Assembly: GCA_016933055.1 (NCBI GenBank)
Contig: JAFGBS010000021.1
Span: 1 to 32,000 of the forward strand
Reading direction: 5' to 3'
From: Promethearchaeota archaeon
Lineage (GTDB): Archaea > Asgardarchaeota > Lokiarchaeia > Sigyniarchaeales > Promethearchaeaceae
DNA length: 32,000 nt
In this document: positions 17,636 to 26,156 of the stretch, one piece after another
Layout of the letters: each line of letters begins with the position of its first letter
How positions within the stretch are numbered: position 1 is the stretch's first letter
Program-made: the position numbers and the translations under genes
The notes under the pieces: model-generated
What the model was told of the DNA's origin: nothing
Database searches by the model: none
What the model saw: the letters and a program-made list of their open reading frames with translations, nothing else

Positions 17636-17908
17636 CTAATGCTCTTTTTCCTTAATAATGAAATATCGCACTAAGACAAATATTAAATAGATTACATCTG
17701 CAATTCCTGCAGCGATTGCAGTATACATGCCGATAAATCCTGGAATTAAACCTGTTAATTCACCGTCAAACGTTCCAAAAGATCCCCATAATAAAAGGGC
17801 GATTCCCACTAATAATATTACATTGATTATTGTGAAAACATTGATTATTCTTTTCGTATATTTTCCCACTTTTTGCACTTTCTTTACTATAAATAGGGAA
17901 AAATTCAC
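17636..17908 (-). CDS. Small membrane protein, about 2 TM
   Basis: Two hydrophobic helices and a basic/charged C-terminus; the start position is uncertain. Confidence 0.65.
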   Translation of the reverse strand: MNFSLFIVKKVQKVGKYTKRIINVFTIINVILLVGIALLLWGSFGTFDGELTGLIPGFIGMYTAIAAGIADVIYLIFVLVRYFIIKEKEH

Positions 17909-18088
17909 ACTAAAGGGTAGGTCTTACAAAATAAATGAAAACCTTATGATCTACGCATTTCACATTAGATTATTTGATATTTTAATTTTATTTTAACTAT
18001 TTAACACTTTGATTCCGTTCCCATTGGTCTATTAAAATCGATCCTCCTAAGATAACTCATAAATAGAGGGAAAACTAGCATTACACAA

Positions 18089-18328
18089 ATGTCTAGGTCT
18101 TCTAAATGTTATATGTGTAATAAACTCGCTGTGATTCGATGTGCGAATCCAAATTGTAATAATCAAGCTTGTAATACTCACTCCTTTAGAATTAGACATG
18201 CAATAAAGTGCCAAGATTGTTATATAAAAGATCGAAAGAGAGGGAGAATATTAATTTGGAGTACACTTGGAATCCTAATCGTAATATTTATTGTAGCTTT
18301 CGTACTAAGAATCCAAGGAATTCTCTAA
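18089..18328 (+). CDS. Small Cys/His zinc-finger protein with a C-terminal TM anchor
   Basis: C-x2-C-x7-C-x4-C-x4-C-x2-H-x5-H-x3-C-x2-C, then basic KDRKRGR and a ~22-aa hydrophobic tail. Confidence 0.8.
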   Translation: MSRSSKCYMCNKLAVIRCANPNCNNQACNTHSFRIRHAIKCQDCYIKDRKRGRILIWSTLGILIVIFIVAFVLRIQGIL

Positions 18329-18341
18329 AGGTGAATTCATA

Positions 18342-19088
18342 ATGCATCTTAAAGGTAAAGCAGCTATCGTCACGGGAGCAGGAGCAGGTATCGGCGAAGC
18401 AACTGCTAAATTATTTGCACAAGAGGGAGCTAAAGTAGTATGTTGTTCATTATCTGACTCAGCAAAGAAGGTAGTAAAAGAAATCAATGAGGGAGGTGGA
18501 ACGGCATTTTTTATTCAAGGGGATGTTGCGAAGGAAAAAGTATGCAAAACGATAATTGAAGACACAATTTCCCATTATAAAAATCTGTATATACTCTTTA
18601 ATAACGCAGGGATGGTAATTCCCGGAGTGGTTCATGAAAATACAGCAGAAGAATGGGATAGGATAATGGCAGTAAATGTTAGGAGTATATTCTTATTATC
18701 TAAATATGCTTATCCCTATCTGAAACAGACACAAGGTACTATTATAAATAATTCATCGGTATTGGCTTTAAAGGGAGTCAAAAATCGAGCGGCGTACTCT
18801 GCCTCTAAAGGGGCGGTATCTGCGTTAACGAGAGCTATGGCGATGGATTATATGGAAGATAATATTCGAGTAAATGCAATCTGTCCCGGAACAACAGACA
18901 CACCCAGCCTTTCTCAGCGTTTAGCAAAATACACTGATCCTCAAGAAGCACGTAATTTATTTATTGCTCGACAACCTATGAAAAGATTAGGTAGACCAGA
19001 GGAAATAGCACAAGCAGTACTATTTCTAGCTACAAATGAGTTTACAACTGGTATCAATTTATCCATCGATGGTGGTATGACTATCTAA
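18342..19088 (+). CDS. Short-chain dehydrogenase/reductase (BDH2 / 2-keto-3-deoxy-sugar-acid dehydrogenase-like)
   Basis: TGAGAGIG, NNAG, YSASK, ICPGTTDTPSL and ARQPMKRLG; AGGTGA RBS. Confidence 0.9.
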   Translation: MHLKGKAAIVTGAGAGIGEATAKLFAQEGAKVVCCSLSDSAKKVVKEINEGGGTAFFIQGDVAKEKVCKTIIEDTISHYKNLYILFNNAGMVIPGVVHENTAEEWDRIMAVNVRSIFLLSKYAYPYLKQTQGTIINNSSVLALKGVKNRAAYSASKGAVSALTRAMAMDYMEDNIRVNAICPGTTDTPSLSQRLAKYTDPQEARNLFIARQPMKRLGRPEEIAQAVLFLATNEFTTGINLSIDGGMTI

Positions 19089-19142
19089 TAGAATGTAGAT
19101 GTAACAAATGGTTTTAATTGTTCGATCAATAACACGAATGAT

Positions 19143-20303
19143 ATGACGTTAACTGAACATGAACAAATGAATTATGATGTAAAACATTGGAAAAAACTAA
19201 AATCTACCCCCATTGCTGGATATAACCTCAAGACTTTCTTCCGTGTACTTGCAGATGCTCGTTTTCGAGTGAGTTTTAAATATCTCCCTCGTTTCTTTTG
19301 GGTTCTTTGGACGTGTTTTATTACTTTACCAATGCGTGTTATTGAGAACATAAAATACTTTCGAAAAATCAAAAATACGAAAATTGAGAAAGACCCCATA
19401 TTTATCATAGGATATTATAGAACGGGAACAACCTACCTTCACCTATTATTTGCTAAAGACCGACGATTAAGCTACATGTCTAATTTGGAAGGGTATGCTC
19501 CCCTTTTTTATCTCTCTTTCGAAAAATTAACTCGCCAACTAATGGAAAAATCTTTACCCCCCACTAGACCGATGGACAACGTTCCATTACACTTAGATGA
19601 ACCCATTGAAGAAGAATATGCGGTTGGAGCTATCTCGAAATATTCTTTCTATAACGCTTTGATTTTTCCTCGCAAATTCGACTATTATTCAAAATATTTA
19701 TCGTTAGATGATTGTAAACCGAAGGATGTTGAAAAATGGAAAAAGGTTTATCATCAGGCATTGCAAAAAGTGACATTCAAAAATCAAGGTAAACAATTAG
19801 TGCTGAAAAATCCTCCGAATGGGTTTAAGATTGAACATCTAATTAAAATGTATCCTAATGCCAAATTTATCTTTACATACCGAGATCCCTATATTTTATG
19901 GCTTTCCATGTATAAATTTTATCTAAAGACCATGGAAATTTTTGCGTTACAAAAATGGGATTATGAAAAAATAAAAAATGGGTATGTCCGGAATTTTAAT
20001 ACCATGTTGAAGAAAATAGAAGACACTAAGCATCTCATTCCTCCAGAAAATTATGTGGAAATCAAATATGAGGATTTTGTGCAAAATCCAATCCCTTTTA
20101 TGAAAGAGCTATACAACAAATTTGACTTGGTCGGTTATGAAGATGTAGAACCTGAGTTTATAACATTTTATAAGAAACAACAGAGTAATTACATCCCCAA
20201 TAAGTGGGAAATTATAGATGACGTAATTAGGGATGTGAATGAGCATTGGGAAGAATATCGAAAAAAATATGGATATCCTCTTCGCGAACCTTGTTTCTCA
20301 TGA
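19143..20303 (+). CDS. PAPS-dependent sulfotransferase (Sulfotransfer_3; resembles mycobacterial Stf3-type)
   Basis: 5'-PSB loop IIGYYRTGTTYLH, RPMDN, P.EEE, LVLKNP and 3'-PB YRDP. Confidence 0.88.
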   Translation: MTLTEHEQMNYDVKHWKKLKSTPIAGYNLKTFFRVLADARFRVSFKYLPRFFWVLWTCFITLPMRVIENIKYFRKIKNTKIEKDPIFIIGYYRTGTTYLHLLFAKDRRLSYMSNLEGYAPLFYLSFEKLTRQLMEKSLPPTRPMDNVPLHLDEPIEEEYAVGAISKYSFYNALIFPRKFDYYSKYLSLDDCKPKDVEKWKKVYHQALQKVTFKNQGKQLVLKNPPNGFKIEHLIKMYPNAKFIFTYRDPYILWLSMYKFYLKTMEIFALQKWDYEKIKNGYVRNFNTMLKKIEDTKHLIPPENYVEIKYEDFVQNPIPFMKELYNKFDLVGYEDVEPEFITFYKKQQSNYIPNKWEIIDDVIRDVNEHWEEYRKKYGYPLREPCFS

Positions 20304-20603
20304 TGTTCTTTATCTTATATAGATCCACGTAAATGCACTAATTGAATATAATTCTATACCGAAGGGCTCGAACAGAAAAAGATTCTATCCAAAATCATAA
20401 ATAGTTAATATTACTAATAATACATGATTAGATCTTTCTTTTTTTACATAAAGCAAAAATTTACCAGATGGATATCCTAGATTGAACGCGATCGTGCAGA
20501 GGTAGATAGAATGGTGAATAGTTTTGAAAAGAAGAGGGAGGCGATACAGTTTTCACAGGATGGCTGTGGTGATGAAAATATTGGTCTAAGTTTAATTGGT
20601 GGA

Positions 20604-21098
20604 TTATAACTTTGACACTATTTGTTTTTGGTAAAAAAATAATCTAAAACCTAAGATGTCATCATAGCTCGAATCTATTTGCATATATCCATTTTTGATA
20701 TAGAATTCTTGATTACGAATTGCCCATTCTGGTGTATTTGCTTCCACTAGTGAAGCTTTTAGACTTTCAATATATTTTAGAGTGTAAGTCCCAATTCCTT
20801 TACCTTGATAGGGAATATCAATGAATAGAAACCCGATGAACAACAGATCTTGATAATATTCTAAGATACATCCCCCTATAATCAAATTGTCATATACGAT
20901 TTTATAATATTTGCCCCGAATTAACCAATCCATATGCGCATGGACTTGATTATAACCCGGGGGTCCTAATTTTTTATTCAGATAATGGGAAGAAAGATCT
21001 TCATAGGCACAAGTCATGATTTCGGTAAGTTGATTAATGTCTGCACTTTTAGCTGGTTCTATCGCCAGTTTTTCAAGATCCACAGACAGCATCAGCAA
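20604..21098 (-). CDS. GNAT N-acetyltransferase
   Basis: Acetyl-CoA motif A YQGKGIG and RNQEFYIKNGY; follows the SDR after a 3-nt gap with a GGAG RBS. Confidence 0.88.
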   Translation of the reverse strand: MLMLSVDLEKLAIEPAKSADINQLTEIMTCAYEDLSSHYLNKKLGPPGYNQVHAHMDWLIRGKYYKIVYDNLIIGGCILEYYQDLLFIGFLFIDIPYQGKGIGTYTLKYIESLKASLVEANTPEWAIRNQEFYIKNGYMQIDSSYDDILGFRLFFYQKQIVSKL

Positions 21099-21101
21099 CT
21101 C

Positions 21102-21878
21102 CTATCGAGTGGTCCAACCCCCATCAATTCGAAGATCTGAACCAGTACAATATGTAGATTCTTCACTGGCAAAGAAGAGAATACCCGAAGCAATTTCATC
21201 AGGAGACGCCCATCTGGTTAACACACCTTCTTCTTCAAATTCTTTCTTCACTATGTCAAAATCTACACCTCGATTTTCAGCTTGTTTTGCGACATCAGAA
21301 CGTAGCATTGGCGTGTCGGTAGCTCCAGGACTTACAGAATTGACTCGAACATTGTAAGGCGCTAGATCTAATGCAAGAGCCCTCGTAAAACCAAGAATAC
21401 CAGCTTTTGTTGAACAATAATTTGCATGATTCAATTGACCTATATGAGCAGCTACCGATGCCAGAGTTATAATAGAACCGAATTTCTGTTTTTTAAACTG
21501 AGGAACAGCGAATTTACATGTGAAAAAGGTACCTTTCAGGTTCACATCAATCAAGATATCATAATCATCGTCGGAAAAATCTTCAATCGGACCTACTCGT
21601 ACAACTCCCGCATTCACAATAAGAACATCGATCTTACCATATTTTTTCACAGTGAAATCAATCATTTTTTCGACTTCTTCTGGTCTTCGAACATCTACTT
21701 TCAATGTATTAATCTTATCTTTCTGAGAGATCATCTCATAGGTTCCTCTTAATCCTTCCTCATCAATATCGGAAAGTACTTGGATTGCTCCTTCTTTTGC
21801 AAACAGGATTGCGGTAGCTCTGCCAATTCCGGAAGCAGCGCCAGTAAGAATGACAACCTTATCTTTTACTCGTTGCAT
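21102..21878 (-). CDS. Short-chain dehydrogenase/reductase (likely NAD-dependent)
   Basis: TGAASGIG, Asp after beta2 (SDID), NAG, YCSTK, VSPGATDT and DGGW. Confidence 0.92.
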   Translation of the reverse strand: MQRVKDKVVILTGAASGIGRATAILFAKEGAIQVLSDIDEEGLRGTYEMISQKDKINTLKVDVRRPEEVEKMIDFTVKKYGKIDVLIVNAGVVRVGPIEDFSDDDYDILIDVNLKGTFFTCKFAVPQFKKQKFGSIITLASVAAHIGQLNHANYCSTKAGILGFTRALALDLAPYNVRVNSVSPGATDTPMLRSDVAKQAENRGVDFDIVKKEFEEEGVLTRWASPDEIASGILFFASEESTYCTGSDLRIDGGWTTR

Positions 21879-21889
21879 ATTATTCCCCT

Positions 21890-23020
21890 CTAAACAATGA
21901 AGATGTCTTTATCCAGAGAGGATAATTGCTCAACGCCCGTTTTTGTGATGCGATAGCAATCCTCCACGCCTACTAGACCCCAATCTGGTACATGCTCCCA
22001 AACTTCAACATCTACAACCATATTTTCTTCGAAAGGACGTTTTTGGGTATCCACCGGACCGAACATGTGCAGTTCTTCAGTTTCTAACCCGATGTGATGA
22101 CAAGTAACGAAATGCATTCCTTCTTCCTTTAAAGTCTTGTAGTATTCAACAGATTTCTGATTTAATTCACTTGCAATAACTCCTGCTTTCATATTGTTTA
22201 ATGCGAATTCTTGCATCTTAATCATACTATCCATCGCTTCTCTAACACCACTTGGAACAGTTCCCAGAGCCATTTGACGACTTACATCCGATACATAGCC
22301 TTTATAGACGGCACCAAAGTCAAATCGAGATAGATCTCCCTTTTTCATTTTTATTCCCTGACCAGGTGCTTCGGGATCTGAATTTCCTATGTTTAATGTT
22401 AAATGATCCCACCCCCATACTTCTGGATCCGCTTTGACCATAGTTTTCCGTGCAATTTGAAGCAATTTTGTATCAGTGATTCCTTCCTTGGAAGCATTGA
22501 TGCACGCCATAATTGCTTTTTCTGCGATTTGAGTTGATTTTTTAATACGTTGAACCTCCTCTTCAGTTTTTATCAAGCGCATTTCAATAAATGCTTTATC
22601 ACCATTTTCAAAAGTCGCTTCGGGAAATTTGTTGTATAAGTAATCCGCAACGTAGCGAGGAAGAAGGGTTTCTAATCCAATTTTCCCCTCTTTTATCCCC
22701 CATTTCTTTAGCTGTTTCATAATTGAGCGCAGTGCATCTTTTGGAGATAATATACCTTTACTGTCAGGCACCCATGTAAAGATATTAGCACTTCGATATA
22801 AGTCCCAGTGAATAAGGTATTCCTCTCCCTCCTTATTGATTAACACAAAATAGGGATACTGATTTTTGAGTACATACAAAATGGGATTTGGTGCGTTTAC
22901 CGTTGTAGGTAAACCGCTTGAGTAAAACACATTTTCGGGAGTTGAAGCTATTAATATATCAAGATTCAATTCCTCCATAATTTTTTTACATCGTTCTTTT
23001 GAAAATCCAATCGGCTGCAT
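21890..23020 (-). CDS. Peptidase M24 (creatinase/prolidase fold) family hydrolase, atypical
   Basis: Creatinase N-domain (ENVFYSSG) and MRLIKTEEE; metal ligands retained in FDFG, SDVSR, CHHIG, DVE and VED. Confidence 0.88.
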   Translation of the reverse strand: MQPIGFSKERCKKIMEELNLDILIASTPENVFYSSGLPTTVNAPNPILYVLKNQYPYFVLINKEGEEYLIHWDLYRSANIFTWVPDSKGILSPKDALRSIMKQLKKWGIKEGKIGLETLLPRYVADYLYNKFPEATFENGDKAFIEMRLIKTEEEVQRIKKSTQIAEKAIMACINASKEGITDTKLLQIARKTMVKADPEVWGWDHLTLNIGNSDPEAPGQGIKMKKGDLSRFDFGAVYKGYVSDVSRQMALGTVPSGVREAMDSMIKMQEFALNNMKAGVIASELNQKSVEYYKTLKEEGMHFVTCHHIGLETEELHMFGPVDTQKRPFEENMVVDVEVWEHVPDWGLVGVEDCYRITKTGVEQLSSLDKDIFIV

Positions 23021-23135
23021 GTATGCAAGTTAGTTGAACGTATTTTTAACTTTTTATTCTCTCCAATTTCTGATTCATGAATTTCAGTATTAAAGAACCA
23101 AAAAGCGTTTTACGAGAAAGTACAGATGCTCATCT

Positions 23136-23933
23136 ATGGAAAATATGATTCTTACTGTTACTACTGCAAATTCATGGATTCATCCAGAAATAAAAAATTG
23201 GCCAGATCCCGAGAGTGTTGATGAATTGGTGCAATGCGCGGTCGAATGTTATGAAGCTGGAGCAACGATAGTCCATGTTCATTTACCACGTGATGATCGT
23301 GCTTTTGATATAGTAAATGGCATTCGAGATCAATGTGATATCATCATACAAGCGGGAATGTCAAGTTATCCTATTGACCAACGCCAAAATGATTTCAAAT
23401 CTAAACCAGATATGCTCTCTATTATTTTGAACCATCACGATGAGCATTTCACCCAGATGCATGTTAATCAATTGCATAGTTTAGAGGAATACGAAATTTA
23501 TGCTAGGAAATGTAAGCAATTCAATATTAAACCAGAATTTGAAATCTGGCATACAGGATCCTATTGGAATCTTCAATACTTGATTGATAAAGGATTACTT
23601 AAGGCTCCTCACGTGTGCACCTTATTTTTTGACTGGCCCGGTGGAACCTGGTCTCCAGCTACTCCGGATAGCTATCTATTCCGTGTTAAATATATTCCAG
23701 AAAATTGCTTGCATACCATAAGCGTAATGAGCGAAAAACAAACTGCAATAGCAACTCTTGCTATCGCAAATGGGGGAAATGTGAGGGTTGGAACCGAAGA
23801 TTATCCCTTTTTATATTCAGCTAGAGTCGCGAAGAATAATGCAGAGATTGTGAAACGGATAGTAAAACTTTGTAAAGAAATGGATAGGGAGATTGCAACG
23901 CCTAAGGAAGCACGGAAACTACTTGTTTTGTGA
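23136..23933 (+). CDS. Beta-keto acid cleavage enzyme (BKACE/DUF849, KCE-like)
   Basis: ECYEAGATIVHVH (HxH Zn ligands), KPEFE and GGNVRVGTED. Confidence 0.9.
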   Translation: MENMILTVTTANSWIHPEIKNWPDPESVDELVQCAVECYEAGATIVHVHLPRDDRAFDIVNGIRDQCDIIIQAGMSSYPIDQRQNDFKSKPDMLSIILNHHDEHFTQMHVNQLHSLEEYEIYARKCKQFNIKPEFEIWHTGSYWNLQYLIDKGLLKAPHVCTLFFDWPGGTWSPATPDSYLFRVKYIPENCLHTISVMSEKQTAIATLAIANGGNVRVGTEDYPFLYSARVAKNNAEIVKRIVKLCKEMDREIATPKEARKLLVL

Positions 23934-23984
23934 ATAAATAAGCCGAATAAACACTTTTTTATTTTACGTGAATGACATTTCTTT

Positions 23985-26048
23985 ATGGTATTTATTGATG
24001 AAGAATTTGGAACTGGAATTAATAATCAAGATCCTCAAGAAATCGATCATATTGCCAGAAAATATCTCGATGCCCTCGAACTCGAAGAAAAAACAAGATT
24101 TATGCAAGGTGATCTGAAGTTTTTACAAGGAATTATATCTATGGGCATTAGGTATAATGCTAAACCATTACCCGTTGGGAAAATTCCAAGATTAGGAATT
24201 CCTGCCTTCAAATTTACAGATGGTCCTAGGGGAATTGTGATGGGTTCTTCTACATGTTTTCCAGTATCAATAGCTCGTGGAGCAACGTTTGATGTCGATT
24301 TGGAAGAGCGAATAGGAAATGCAATCGGAATTGAAGGAAGAACTCAAGGGGCAGATTTCTTTGGTGGAGTATGCATTAATTTATTACGTCACCCCGCATG
24401 GGGTCGTGCCCAAGAAACCTATGGAGAAGACCCCTATCATCTCGGAGAGATGGGTTCGGCATTAACCCGTGGCATTCAGAAGCATATGATGGCGTGTGGG
24501 AAACATTATTGCCTAAATAGCATGGAAAATATGCGATTTAAAGTCAATGTTTCCATTGAAGAACGAACTTTAAGGGAAATTTATCTCCCACACTTTAAGA
24601 AATGTGTCAAAACAGGCATTGCAGCAATCATGAGTGCATATAATCAAGTGAATGGAGATTATTGCAGTGAAAATAAATATTTACTTACGGATATTTTGAA
24701 AAACGACTGGAACTTTCCTGGATTCGTCATAACTGATTTTATTTGGGGAGTCTATGATGGTCAAAAAGCGATTATTGCTGGATTAGATATAGAAATGCCT
24801 TTTTCATACAAAATGAAGCCAAAAACTATCTTAAAGTGGATAGAATCAGATAAGATTATTGAAGAACGAATCAATGATAGTGTATTGAGAATTCTTAAGC
24901 AAAAATTGCGTTTCGCAAAGAAATATGATCCCGAATTATATGATCGCTCACAAATAGCGTGTCAAAAACATACTCAGCTTGCATTTGAAGCAGCAGTAAA
25001 AAGTATGGTGCTTCTTCAAAATAAAAACAAGATACTACCCTTAAATCTTGATAAGATACACAAGATAGCTGTATTTGGTAATTTAGCAGACCAGAAAAAC
25101 ATTGGTGATCATGGAAGCAGTCGAGTCTACCCGCCCTATGTGGTAACTCCTTTAATGGGAATCCAACAAATAATTGGCTATAGCAAGGTTTTGTATGATA
25201 CTGGTAAAAATTTGCGACGGGCAACAAAATTAGCGAAAGAAGCAGACGTTGTTGTTATCGTAATGGGTTATACTCATGCTGATGAGGGAGAATTTATGAT
25301 GGGAAAAGCGGGAGATCGCGACTTTTTGACCCTAAAACCAAAAGACGAGGACTTCATAAAAGAAATGGCAACAGTAAATCCAAACATTATCGTAGTAATG
25401 GAAGGAGGTAGTGCAATTATTATTGAAGGATGGAAGGACAAAGTATCCGGAATTATAATGGCATGGTATCCGGGTATGGAAGGAGGGAATGCCCTCGCGC
25501 ACTTATTGTTTGGTAAAGATAACTTCAGTGGTAAATTACCATATGTGACGCCAAAATCCGAGGATCAGTTGCCCTTCTTTGATAAGAATACGCCAGCTAT
25601 CACTTATGATTATTATCATGGGTACCGACTTATGGACAAACAAAATTATGAACCGGCGTATCCTTTTGGATTTGGACTTAGTTATACCACATTTTCTTAT
25701 GGAAATCCTCGAATTGATAATAAGAAGATCGATAAATCAGGAGAAGTGCAAATTTCTGTAGATGTATCCAATATCGGAGAAATGGTGGGAGATGAAATAG
25801 TACAAATCTACGTGGGGTATCCAGAATCAAAAGTTGATAGAGTGGTGAAGGAATTAAAGGCATTCACAAGAATTCGGTTAGAACCCAATGAGACAAAAAT
25901 GGTCACGTTAACCATTCCAGCAAGAGAAACTGCTTTTTATGACATGAATTTAAAAGAATGGATTATTGAATCTGGAAAATATGATATTTATGTGGGATCA
26001 TGCGCAGATAGTCGATCTTTGATGAAACTGAATTTCCACATACTTTAA
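23985..26048 (+). CDS. GH3 beta-glucosidase/beta-xylosidase, cytoplasmic, with a C-terminal FnIII domain
   Basis: TDGPRG, ETYGEDP, KHY, MSAYN, VITDF (nucleophile Asp), AWYPG, PFGFGLSYT and VKELKAF; no signal peptide. Confidence 0.93.
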   Translation: MVFIDEEFGTGINNQDPQEIDHIARKYLDALELEEKTRFMQGDLKFLQGIISMGIRYNAKPLPVGKIPRLGIPAFKFTDGPRGIVMGSSTCFPVSIARGATFDVDLEERIGNAIGIEGRTQGADFFGGVCINLLRHPAWGRAQETYGEDPYHLGEMGSALTRGIQKHMMACGKHYCLNSMENMRFKVNVSIEERTLREIYLPHFKKCVKTGIAAIMSAYNQVNGDYCSENKYLLTDILKNDWNFPGFVITDFIWGVYDGQKAIIAGLDIEMPFSYKMKPKTILKWIESDKIIEERINDSVLRILKQKLRFAKKYDPELYDRSQIACQKHTQLAFEAAVKSMVLLQNKNKILPLNLDKIHKIAVFGNLADQKNIGDHGSSRVYPPYVVTPLMGIQQIIGYSKVLYDTGKNLRRATKLAKEADVVVIVMGYTHADEGEFMMGKAGDRDFLTLKPKDEDFIKEMATVNPNIIVVMEGGSAIIIEGWKDKVSGIIMAWYPGMEGGNALAHLLFGKDNFSGKLPYVTPKSEDQLPFFDKNTPAITYDYYHGYRLMDKQNYEPAYPFGFGLSYTTFSYGNPRIDNKKIDKSGEVQISVDVSNIGEMVGDEIVQIYVGYPESKVDRVVKELKAFTRIRLEPNETKMVTLTIPARETAFYDMNLKEWIIESGKYDIYVGSCADSRSLMKLNFHIL

Positions 26049-26156
26049 TTTCTTTCTCTTTTATAATTTGATAACTCTTAAAGGACACCTTTAAATTTCC
26101 AGATCCCCAGAAAACACCCAATTTAGTTCTTATGGAAGAAAGTGAGAATAATCAAA

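Noticed and set aside
20292-20345. Sulfotransferase TGA flanked by Cys codons (PCFS*C), possible selenocysteine
   Set aside because: The domain is already complete, the extension is short and featureless, and I could not identify a SECIS-like hairpin.
21099-21104. SDR stop TAG is in frame with the GNAT start (possible readthrough fusion)
   Set aside because: The SDR ends at the canonical DGGW terminus, GNAT has its own GGAG RBS, and in-frame adjacency occurs one time in three by chance.
23070-23087. ATTCATGAAT palindrome in the M24/BKACE divergent promoter
   Set aside because: 10-bp palindromes are frequent by chance in AT-rich DNA; no second copy found.
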